IMG/VR virus record: IMGVR_UViG_3300032030_000073
Span: 4,086-68,085 of that record
Direction: 5' to 3' (one strand)
DNA: 64,000 nucleotides
Source of the DNA: a virus
Lineage: Duplodnaviria; Caudoviricetes
In this document: piece after piece, positions 25,194 through 32,953 of the stretch
How the letters are laid out: each line of letters opens with the position of its first letter
Numbering within the stretch: the first letter of the stretch is position 1
Notes under the pieces: model-generated
The model's database searches: none
What the model was told of the DNA's origin: nothing
What the model saw: only the letters and a program-made list of their open reading frames with translations
Program-made: the position numbers and the translations under genes

Positions 25194-25629
25194 AATCTGC
25201 GTCTATAGCAACTGGGACGGAAATGAAGTCGCAGATCGCGCAAAGCGTTTGAAGAACGACATCAAGGCGTTTGCGAAGATGCGGAATTGCGCGTTCTGGA
25301 CGGAGGGTTCCGACAAGGACTCAACTCATTGCATCGTCGTCCGCAGTTTCATGGGAGACATCGAGAGCGGTCTATACATCGAGAACGCGCGGATAGAAAA
25401 AACGGTCTTTGGATGGTGCAACGAAGTGGCGGCATTGTGCAAGGACGATCCGGACGAGGGCGACGGAGAGTTTGAGCACAAGACGATGAGGGTTGAAATC
25501 TGCGACTTGGAGAACGATGGCGGGTTGCAGGTAATCTGCTATGACAAGAAAGGAGAGGACATGGGAATCCGCGTCCTGCCGATTTACAAGCCACTGGAGA
25601 TTGAAAGCGAGGCCGAAGATGGCGAATAA
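25177..25629 (+). CDS. Hypothetical protein
   Basis: 150 aa, RBS GGAGG. Confidence 0.7.
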   Translation: MELTTEICVYSNWDGNEVADRAKRLKNDIKAFAKMRNCAFWTEGSDKDSTHCIVVRSFMGDIESGLYIENARIEKTVFGWCNEVAALCKDDPDEGDGEFEHKTMRVEICDLENDGGLQVICYDKKGEDMGIRVLPIYKPLEIESEAEDGE

Positions 25630-26356
25630 AAAATACGAGTTCACAGGCGAGACCCGATTAGTCGAAGGCCGAACCCTCCACAGGATTCGCGCGATCATCA
25701 CTTTTTCGCATGTAGAAGTTGGCGAAATCGGCGGGTGGATTGAGACTGAAAGCAATCTATCGGTGTCCGGCGACGCGAGGGTGTACGGCAACGCTTGGGT
25801 GCACGGCGACGCGAGGGTGTACGGCAACGCTTGGGTGCACGGCGACGCGAGGGTGTACGGCTACGCTTGGGTGCACGGCGACGCGAGGGTGTACGGCGAC
25901 GCGAGGGTGTACGGCAACGCTTGGGTGTCCGGCGACGCTTGGGTGTCCGGCGACGCTTGGGTGCACGGCAACGCGAAGGTATACGGAAACGCGAGGGTGT
26001 CCGGCGACGCTTGGGTGTCCGGCGACGCTTGGGTGTCCGGCGACGCGAGGGTGCACGGCGACGCGAGGGTGTACGGCGACGCGAGGGTGTACGGCAATGC
26101 GGATTACATCGTCGTAAAGAACTGCTGGAGTTCGATGCGATGGTTCACATACACGCGGTCAAACAGGAAGTGGAAAGTCGGGTGCTTCTATGGGACAGGC
26201 GATGAGCTTATTAAAAAAGCATACGCCGACAGCGAGAAGTCTGGGAAGTGCTACGAGGCGATTGTGCGGGCGGTCGAGGCGATTGAAGCGGCGACGAATG
26301 AGAAGGAGGCCGAAGGTGGGGAACAGGAGGAGGGCGAAAATGCGACGCGCAACTGA
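25619..26356 (+). CDS. Hexapeptide-repeat (left-handed beta-helix) phage protein
   Basis: KKYEFT...TLHRIRA...GEIGGWIE N-terminus, 18 x G[DN]A[RW]V[YHS], C-terminal VGCFYGT. Confidence 0.85.
   Translation: MANKKYEFTGETRLVEGRTLHRIRAIITFSHVEVGEIGGWIETESNLSVSGDARVYGNAWVHGDARVYGNAWVHGDARVYGYAWVHGDARVYGDARVYGNAWVSGDAWVSGDAWVHGNAKVYGNARVSGDAWVSGDAWVSGDARVHGDARVYGDARVYGNADYIVVKNCWSSMRWFTYTRSNRKWKVGCFYGTGDELIKKAYADSEKSGKCYEAIVRAVEAIEAATNEKEAEGGEQEEGENATRN
25769..26092 (+). repeat. 18 tandem 18-bp coding repeats
   Basis: GGCGACGCGAGGGTGTAC / GGCAACGCTTGGGTGCAC-type units. Confidence 0.92.
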
Positions 26357-26519
26357 AAGGATGCTTGCATTTGCAAGAGACATCGCCACGGGGTTGGACT
26401 TGGAACTCCCAAAAACGACCGATGCAGATGGTTGGATTGTTGACGATGAATCGTTTGACGCAATCAGCGAGTTCATCGCAGAGAACAGGGATGATTACTA
26501 TTTCTGGAAGAGAGGTTGA
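26340..26519 (+). CDS. Hypothetical protein
   Basis: 59 aa, RBS GGAGGAGG. Confidence 0.6.
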   Translation: MRRATERMLAFARDIATGLDLELPKTTDADGWIVDDESFDAISEFIAENRDDYYFWKRG

Positions 26520-26521
26520 CT

Positions 26522-26767
26522 ATGAGTGACGAGAGCGTGAAGCTTGAGACGCTGACGGACATCGCGGATTGGTTGCGCGATCCTAAAATCAAGAGCCCGA
26601 TGCGAAAGACATGGCGGGAGGTACTGGCCAATCGCCTGGAGAAGGTGGCGAAGCGCGCATACGAGGAGATAGATAAAGCGGTGACAGGAATCGAGGATGC
26701 GTCGTCGAGTGAGAAAGACGACGTGCGCAAGGTGATGGAAAGGACAATCGGTGATTATTATGAGTGA
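26522..26767 (+). CDS. Hypothetical protein
   Basis: 81 aa, RBS GAGGT. Confidence 0.6.
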   Translation: MSDESVKLETLTDIADWLRDPKIKSPMRKTWREVLANRLEKVAKRAYEEIDKAVTGIEDASSSEKDDVRKVMERTIGDYYE

Positions 26768-27089
26768 TAGTGCATATACAAGTGGGTGGCTTGTAGATAA
26801 AGAAAAGGAGGAGGGTGCAAGAGCAACACTTCGCAAGGCGTTGTCTGAAGCAAATTTCGAGTATTATTGCGCGAACTACGCAATCGCAACGGCGCAGCCA
26901 GAACTAGAAGAGTGCCCATTCTGCAAAAACAAGCTGGTATATTTGCGTGAAGATTATGGTGATGCTTATGTGCATTGTCCAAAATGCAACGCGAGGGGTC
27001 CTGGCATATATCTGTTCAGAAATGAATTGGGGTATCTTAAAGCATTGGAAAAAGCGGTGAACGGATGGAACAGGAGGGCCGAGGCATGA
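26760..27089 (+). CDS. Lar-like restriction-alleviation Zn-ribbon protein
   Basis: LEECPFC...VHCPKCNARGP...AVNGWNRRA. Confidence 0.72.
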   Translation: MSDSAYTSGWLVDKEKEEGARATLRKALSEANFEYYCANYAIATAQPELEECPFCKNKLVYLREDYGDAYVHCPKCNARGPGIYLFRNELGYLKALEKAVNGWNRRAEA

Positions 27090-27439
27090 AGAAGCTGAAG
27101 AGAAGTGATTGTGCGGTGCTATATCTCGGTTTGAAGCACTACTGGTATCGGATGATCGAAAGCGGCGTGAAGAAGGTAGAGTTCCGGGAGGCGTCGCCAT
27201 ATTGGAATGTTCGCATCAATAATTGGTCGAGACGGATGCCAGGGAAGACGCCGGTCCTGGAGTTCCAAAGCGGGTACGGAAGGTTCTCGCCGAGGATGTG
27301 GTTCATCGCCGGGAGAGGCGAGGGCGTGGTATTCACGTACAGCGGCGCCGACGTGCCGGTGCAGCACAGGGAGCTGGGCGAGTTCCAGAAAGCGCGATAC
27401 GCGCTCTTGATCGGCGAGAGAGTGATGTTGGAAGGATAG
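27086..27439 (+). CDS. ASCH/PUA-like domain protein
   Basis: LGLKHYWYRMIESGVKKVEFRE.SPYW..RI. Confidence 0.72.
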   Translation: MKKLKRSDCAVLYLGLKHYWYRMIESGVKKVEFREASPYWNVRINNWSRRMPGKTPVLEFQSGYGRFSPRMWFIAGRGEGVVFTYSGADVPVQHRELGEFQKARYALLIGERVMLEG

Positions 27440-27452
27440 GAGCAATGAACCA

Positions 27453-28025
27453 ATGAGAGAGAAAGACCAAGAGACGCAAGTGGACATCATAGCGGAGATG
27501 CGCATGGGAAATCCAGTCGGGCCGTGCGCGTACAGGATCGGACTCCCAGACAAGGAAGAGGTCTATGAAAGCGGCGCTAAAATGCGCATCACGATGATCA
27601 AGAACGTGACCGTGCAGGAGCTGGCTGACCGGTTGGAGGCGACGGAGAAGAGGAAGAAGGCACAGCACGGCAACGCGGCGAAGATGCGCGAGGCGCTGGC
27701 AACGCTGCGGAAGCGGTTCGATAATAACACGATGGCATACCAAGACCGCTACTTCAAATTCAGCGGGTGGCATTGGCACAAGAAGGCCAAAGAGGCAGCG
27801 CGGTGGCGCGACGTGTTCCACGAACTGCGGGAAGTGTGTGACGCCGCCCTCTCCGCGCCCGCGAGGAACTGCGACAAAATGCCAGACATAGACAATCTAA
27901 CCATGCACGACCTCGCAAATAGTCCGTGCAAATCAACTCTGGAGTACGCCTCTCGTGAGGAGCTGCTTGCGCTGGCGCGTTGGCTCCTCACCCCGGCGGC
28001 GGAGCGGGAAGGCGGGAATGAATGA
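27453..28025 (+). CDS. Hypothetical protein
   Basis: 190 aa, RBS AGGAG. Confidence 0.65.
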   Translation: MREKDQETQVDIIAEMRMGNPVGPCAYRIGLPDKEEVYESGAKMRITMIKNVTVQELADRLEATEKRKKAQHGNAAKMREALATLRKRFDNNTMAYQDRYFKFSGWHWHKKAKEAARWRDVFHELREVCDAALSAPARNCDKMPDIDNLTMHDLANSPCKSTLEYASREELLALARWLLTPAAEREGGNE

Positions 28026-28176
28026 AGATGAAGATTACTTTTCAAGCAGGGATTCACGTTGTCGAATCTGAAACGGATTGCAATCCGGCTGATATGCGCC
28101 GTGTTTTCAATGCGCTAATTGCGGAAGTTGACAGGGCAATGACCATTGTACTTCACCGTGAGGAAGGAGCGGAGAA

Positions 28177-28497
28177 ATGATTTACATTGCAGGGCCAATG
28201 CGGGGATTGCCGCATTCCAATTACCATTCATTCCGCGCGGCGGCGGAGCGGTTGCGCGCCGTGGGGCACAAAGTACAGAATCCCGCAGAGATCGGGGAGC
28301 GTTTCGGCGGCATTGACGAACTGCTTTCAAATGACGCCACGCTTGCCGCGTGCGTGAAAGAGGAATTGCGCATCCTGGCGGAATGTGATTCTATCTATCT
28401 CTTGCACGGATGGCAGTATTCAGAGGGCGCACGCGCCGAATTGAAGCTTGCCATTGAAAAGGGATTGGATATCTTCCTGGAGCCTGATTATCCATAA
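28177..28497 (+). CDS. DUF4406 family (nucleoside deoxyribosyltransferase-like fold)
   Basis: IYIAGPMRG...NYHSF...NPAE...CDSIYLLHGWQYSEGARAE. Confidence 0.85.
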   Translation: MIYIAGPMRGLPHSNYHSFRAAAERLRAVGHKVQNPAEIGERFGGIDELLSNDATLAACVKEELRILAECDSIYLLHGWQYSEGARAELKLAIEKGLDIFLEPDYP

Positions 28498-28507
28498 AGG
28501 AGATCAA

Positions 28508-29719
28508 ATGTGGAAAAGCCGAAATACTCGCTGCACCTTTTCGCCGGAGCCGGAGGAGGACTGCTCGCCGACATCATCGACGGGATACGCCCCGTCTGCG
28601 CCGTCGAAATCGAGAAGCATCCCCAGCGCATCCTCGCAAAGCGGTTCCCCGACCTCGCAATCTGGGATGACGTGCGGACGTTCCGCGCCGACAATCCGGA
28701 CTGCGCGGAGGCGTTCACGCAACTTCGCGCTCACGCCGACGAACTTGTCATTGCCGGAGGCTTCCCGTGCCAGGATATCAGCTGCGCGGGACGCGGCGCG
28801 GGCCTACGCGGAGCGCGTAGCGGCCTATGGCGAGAGTATGCGCGTATCATTGGCGAGATACGACCGCGATTCGTGTTCGTGGAAAATTCACCCATGCTTA
28901 TTCGGCGGGGACTTGGCGACGTTCTCGGAGGCTTGGCCGCGATGGGGTATGATGCTGCGTGGTGTGTCGTGTCGGCTGCCGACATGGGAGCCATGCACCT
29001 GCGCGAGCGGTTCTGGCTCACGGCCCGGCGCATGGCCGATGCCGACGGTCCACGGGAATAACAACTACAAAGGCGCAAGCGCAAAAAGCGGCGATGGGCT
29101 GATGACGGTGGTTAGACGCAAAGAGGAAATGATACCTTCGCCACAGGCAAGGGATAGTCATGGCGGTACGGCGCGTCCGCATGGCTGGGCGAAGTCCGAA
29201 GCGGGTGAGCAGCGCAACATCAACGACTTTGTGCTGCGTTTTCCGACATCTAAAGCGAGAGACGCCATCAAGTGTTCGCCCGGGCAAAAGCCGCGAGACG
29301 ACTTGAAATGCGCCGTCGAAATTGGCACGACGAAATCAGCGACATATCCGACGCCGCGAGTCAATTCATTGTGCGGCGGTACGGGCGCATGGAACGCGAT
29401 CCAGAATAATCCGAACCTCACCGTCGAAGAAAAACGCGGCATGACATCTACACACGGCCTGCTTAACCCCGACTGGGTGGAATGGCTCATGTTCTGGCCT
29501 GTCGGCTGGACTAACCTCGATACGCCGAACCACCGCCTCGTCTGGCTCGACCCGTCAATCGACCCCGCCGATTTCGATGACGGCGCGAGGATCCCTATAA
29601 TCACTACGCGCCGCGAGAACCGTCCCGCGCGCATCAAGGAGTGTGGCAACGGGCAGTTCCCCCTCTCCGCCGTTGCCGCGTTCTTCTGGGGCCTCTGCGT
29701 TTTGGAGGTCGTAGTATGA
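28508..29719 (+). CDS. C5-cytosine DNA methyltransferase, beta subunit (TRD plus motifs IX/X), overlapping alpha in another frame
   Basis: TFSEAWPRWGMM, PTP-like repeats, LNPDWVEWLMFWPVGWT, RIKECGNGQ. Confidence 0.75.
   Translation: MWKSRNTRCTFSPEPEEDCSPTSSTGYAPSAPSKSRSIPSASSQSGSPTSQSGMTCGRSAPTIRTARRRSRNFALTPTNLSLPEASRARISAARDAARAYAERVAAYGESMRVSLARYDRDSCSWKIHPCLFGGDLATFSEAWPRWGMMLRGVSCRLPTWEPCTCASGSGSRPGAWPMPTVHGNNNYKGASAKSGDGLMTVVRRKEEMIPSPQARDSHGGTARPHGWAKSEAGEQRNINDFVLRFPTSKARDAIKCSPGQKPRDDLKCAVEIGTTKSATYPTPRVNSLCGGTGAWNAIQNNPNLTVEEKRGMTSTHGLLNPDWVEWLMFWPVGWTNLDTPNHRLVWLDPSIDPADFDDGARIPIITTRRENRPARIKECGNGQFPLSAVAAFFWGLCVLEVVV
28510..29061 (+). CDS. C5-cytosine DNA methyltransferase, alpha subunit (motifs I-VIII)
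   Basis: HLFAGAGG, GGFPCQD, VENS and HLRERFW motifs; ends before motifs IX/X; GTG start. Confidence 0.88.
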   Translation: MEKPKYSLHLFAGAGGGLLADIIDGIRPVCAVEIEKHPQRILAKRFPDLAIWDDVRTFRADNPDCAEAFTQLRAHADELVIAGGFPCQDISCAGRGAGLRGARSGLWREYARIIGEIRPRFVFVENSPMLIRRGLGDVLGGLAAMGYDAAWCVVSAADMGAMHLRERFWLTARRMADADGPRE

Positions 29720-29771
29720 GAGCGGTGAGGACGAGAGCCATAGTCAAGGCGATATTCAGCAAGGAGTAGTG

Positions 29772-29999
29772 ATGTACGCAGACGATGAAGAGTATTATCG
29801 CGCCACGACGATCACCGCCGTCCCGACGATCGAACTTCTCGATGACATCATGCTTCCGCCGACCAAGCTCTTCAAGCTCGGCACGGAGTATGGCATACGC
29901 GATGCGTCAAAACGCCACGACGAGCTTGCCCGTCGCAAGTACGTCAAACCCTTCAAATGGTTCAAGTTCAACCGCGCACGAAAGGCAACCGCAAAATGA
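29772..29999 (+). CDS. Hypothetical protein
   Basis: 75 aa, RBS AAGGAG. Confidence 0.55.
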   Translation: MYADDEEYYRATTITAVPTIELLDDIMLPPTKLFKLGTEYGIRDASKRHDELARRKYVKPFKWFKFNRARKATAK

Positions 30000-30220
30000 T
30001 GAGAATGACTAAATTCACGCTCACGCACAAGCCGTCACATTCAGAAGTGGTCGCTCTCGCCATACGTTCATGGCCCATGCCGTGCGTTATAGAAGTTGTT
30101 CGCCCGATACCGTACAGCACAGACTGGTTCTACATGTACCGCGAGCGGGTCATCCCCAAGTACATGAGACGCTATCTCAACAAAGGAATCAAGAGAAACC
30201 ACAGGAGAAAAATGCCATGA
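29996..30220 (+). CDS. Hypothetical protein
   Basis: 74 aa, ATGA coupling at both ends. Confidence 0.5.
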   Translation: MMRMTKFTLTHKPSHSEVVALAIRSWPMPCVIEVVRPIPYSTDWFYMYRERVIPKYMRRYLNKGIKRNHRRKMP

Positions 30221-30678
30221 ATTGCGACCATTGCGAATCTCGCCACGGATGTTCGATCAGGAAAGCGCACGACGATGGGACGGCTGTCTTTTCGTGCGGC
30301 ATCGACTTCGGGCGCGACAAGTCAGAGACCGCGATACTCGAATCGCGCAGGGGCAAATTGGCTGTGAGATACGAGTTGATCGACGATTCGCGTCTGCGCT
30401 CGTGCCGCGATTGGTTTGACGAGGAAATAAAGAAGCGGCTGTCGAAGTTCTTCGCCAAACGGGTGAAAAAGGTCGAGGCCGATGTTCTTGCATGGATCAA
30501 GCGCAACCCGCTATGCTACACGAATCCGTGCAGGGCGATTCTTGACGGAATCTGCTGCGCCACAACGCCTGCGATATATCCGCATGGCAACGTGCTTGCC
30601 GAGCGACACGACGTATCGGAGTTCTTTCTCCGCTTCCCCCGCGCTCTGCCAACCGAGCTGAAAGGAATCGCAGTATGA
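30217..30678 (+). CDS. Hypothetical protein with N-terminal Cys cluster
   Basis: 153 aa, MNCDHCESRHGC...C. Confidence 0.6.
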   Translation: MNCDHCESRHGCSIRKAHDDGTAVFSCGIDFGRDKSETAILESRRGKLAVRYELIDDSRLRSCRDWFDEEIKKRLSKFFAKRVKKVEADVLAWIKRNPLCYTNPCRAILDGICCATTPAIYPHGNVLAERHDVSEFFLRFPRALPTELKGIAV

Positions 30679-31061
30679 AAATCCCCTCTGTCTCTCTTCT
30701 TCTCCTGATGATTCTCGGGCACCTCGTCGCCGACTACACCTTGCAGGGCTGGCTCGCCTCCGGTAAGCAGAAGAAATGGTGGGACGGCCAGTTAAAGGAC
30801 GCGCCCGACTCCGTGAAGCGCAAGTACAGGAACGACTACAAGGTCGCCTTGATCTGCCACTCGCTCTACTGGTCGATAATCGTGTGCCTGCCGCTGCTGT
30901 TCCATCCTGCGTTGTTCACGATAAATGCCATCGGCCACGCCGCATTGCATTATCTGATCGACGACGCGAAGGCGAACAAATTAGCAATCAACCTCGTTGA
31001 AGACCAGGCTTTTCATTTCGTCCAGATTCTTTCGGTCTGGCTTGTCTGTGTAATTGCATGA
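30675..31061 (+). CDS. DUF3307-family membrane protein
   Basis: GHLVADYTLQ, CHSLYW, HYLIDDAK, DQAFH. Confidence 0.85.
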   Translation: MKIPSVSLLLLMILGHLVADYTLQGWLASGKQKKWWDGQLKDAPDSVKRKYRNDYKVALICHSLYWSIIVCLPLLFHPALFTINAIGHAALHYLIDDAKANKLAINLVEDQAFHFVQILSVWLVCVIA

Positions 31062-31074
31062 AAGGAACTTCCCT

Positions 31075-31998
31075 ATGAACAAATCCAACATCATAAAAAC
31101 CAACTTCGACCGAAAGGTGTTGTCGTCAAGTGACACCAACGTCTTCAAGTTCGTCTTTACAAAACCAGACGTTGCCGTCGAGGCCGTCCTCTACCGATAC
31201 GGTTCGTTTCGCAAGCGAACGGTCATCTGCTGTTCGACGCAATGCGGATGCCCCGTGGGATGTTCCTTCTGTGGCACGGGGCGCGGATTCGTCCGTTCGC
31301 TGTACTCGGACGAGATAGTCGATCAGATACAACAGGTGATGGAGATTGTCGAGAAAGATTGCCCATCTTCGGAAATCGAGAAGTTCCAGATAATGTTTAT
31401 GTCGATGGGCGAGCCGTTCCTGAACTACGCAGGACTTCACCTGGCGATAGTTGCGCTCCATGACATGTACCCCAATGCCCAGCTTCTCGTATCGACTTCC
31501 GCGCCGAAAAAGATGATTGATGAAGTTGACTTTCGCACCTTCACCGATCTTTCACAAAGGATTTCTGAAATCGGCATTCAGTTCTCGGTACATGAAAGCA
31601 CGGATGAGGCGCGGCGCAAGATCATCCCGACCCCTACATGCAGCCTTGAGCAGATTGCCCGGCTCGGAGAAACCTGGGCGGCGCACACGTCGCGCAAGCC
31701 GTTCTACAACTATTGCGTCCATGTCTGGAACTCGAGCGACGCGGACGTTGCGCGGCTTGTGTCCCTGTTCAATCCGGCTGTATGGGAAACGACGCTTTCC
31801 GTGATATGCGAGAAAGACGAAACCGTAAAAGCGTCTCACGAGCGCCAGCTTCCGTTGATACGGGATTTCTCGCGGAGGTTGCTTGAAAAAGGCGCGTCCG
31901 TGAGAATTTTCAACCCGGCCGGACAAGACGACATCGGCGGCGGATGTGGACAGCTTTGGTTTTTTCAGAAATGGCTACGTGAACACGGAGGCAAGTAA
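31075..31998 (+). CDS. RlmN/Cfr-like class A radical SAM methyltransferase lacking the N-terminal domain
   Basis: CCSTQCGCPVGCSFC (CxxxCxxC plus upstream Cys), MSMGEP, FSVH, DDIGGGCGQL; 307 aa. Confidence 0.88.
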   Translation: MNKSNIIKTNFDRKVLSSSDTNVFKFVFTKPDVAVEAVLYRYGSFRKRTVICCSTQCGCPVGCSFCGTGRGFVRSLYSDEIVDQIQQVMEIVEKDCPSSEIEKFQIMFMSMGEPFLNYAGLHLAIVALHDMYPNAQLLVSTSAPKKMIDEVDFRTFTDLSQRISEIGIQFSVHESTDEARRKIIPTPTCSLEQIARLGETWAAHTSRKPFYNYCVHVWNSSDADVARLVSLFNPAVWETTLSVICEKDETVKASHERQLPLIRDFSRRLLEKGASVRIFNPAGQDDIGGGCGQLWFFQKWLREHGGK

Positions 31999-32435
31999 TG
32001 AGAAAGAAGAAACCCATAAAGAAAATGACCCTGCGCGGATGCCAGACCGCACTCGGGATCGCAAGACGTAAAATGCGCGATGCAGAAGCTCGTCATGAGA
32101 CACGCTATCAGCTCGCGTTAGAGAACATTAGACTCCTTCGGCAAGCCCTTGGCGAACCCGACCCAGGGTTTGGAATGCGCGACTATAAGCAATTCAATGT
32201 TGACATCGCGCTTGACAGGCGCGAGTTCTGGCCGTTACCTCCAATCCACATCCACATCACGCCAAAGCGCGAGTTGTTCAATCCATACAGCGATGCCATT
32301 CCGTACACGTTTAAAATGTACATTCCAAGGGACGAGGTACTTGATTATCGAACGGCGAGGATAGTCCACAACGCCCTGCACCAGCTCGTTGACTTCGCAG
32401 AGATGCGTCCGAACACGGAGGCGAGCGAGAAATGA
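31998..32435 (+). CDS. Hypothetical protein
   Basis: 145 aa, TAATG coupling. Confidence 0.6.
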   Translation: MRKKKPIKKMTLRGCQTALGIARRKMRDAEARHETRYQLALENIRLLRQALGEPDPGFGMRDYKQFNVDIALDRREFWPLPPIHIHITPKRELFNPYSDAIPYTFKMYIPRDEVLDYRTARIVHNALHQLVDFAEMRPNTEASEK

Positions 32436-32953
32436 ACAAATCCTATAACATGAACATCGACACCGGCGAGAAGACATGGCTCACCCCGCCGCACATCATC
32501 GAAGCCCTCGGCCCGTTCGACCTCGACCCGTGCTGTCCGCCGACGATGCCGTGGCGCACTGCGACGCGCATGGTGCATTGGCCGGAGGACGGCCTGAATG
32601 TGGACTGGACAGGCAAGCGCGTTTGGTGCAATCCGCCGTACGGGCGCGACGCCGTGCCGTTCCTCCGCAAGATGGCGGAAAACAAGACGGGGGGTGGGAT
32701 TTTGCTTATATTTGCGCGGACTGACACCTCCGCGTGGCAGGACTATATATTCCCGTACGCAAGCGGCGTTCTGTTCCTTCGCGGGAGGCTGCGCTTCCAC
32801 AGGCCCGACGGAACGCAAGGAGAGACGGCTACGGCGCCCTCTGCGCTCGTCGCGTACTTGGATCGGGACTTCATGCGTCTGCGCGAGAGCGGGCTTAGAG
32901 GCGCGTTTTTGCGCGTCTCGAGTTATGCTTTAGGCGGCAGTATCGCGAAGTAA
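32432..32953 (+). CDS. Phage DNA N6-adenine methyltransferase (phage Dam-like)
   Basis: WLTPP, FDLDPC, VWCNPPYG, ARTDT.W, LFLRGRLRF. Confidence 0.9.
   Translation: MNKSYNMNIDTGEKTWLTPPHIIEALGPFDLDPCCPPTMPWRTATRMVHWPEDGLNVDWTGKRVWCNPPYGRDAVPFLRKMAENKTGGGILLIFARTDTSAWQDYIFPYASGVLFLRGRLRFHRPDGTQGETATAPSALVAYLDRDFMRLRESGLRGAFLRVSSYALGGSIAK

Noticed and set aside
25769-26092. CRISPR array or DGR variable region
   Set aside because: Contiguous in-frame 18-bp coding repeats without unique spacers; no reverse transcriptase or template repeat in the window
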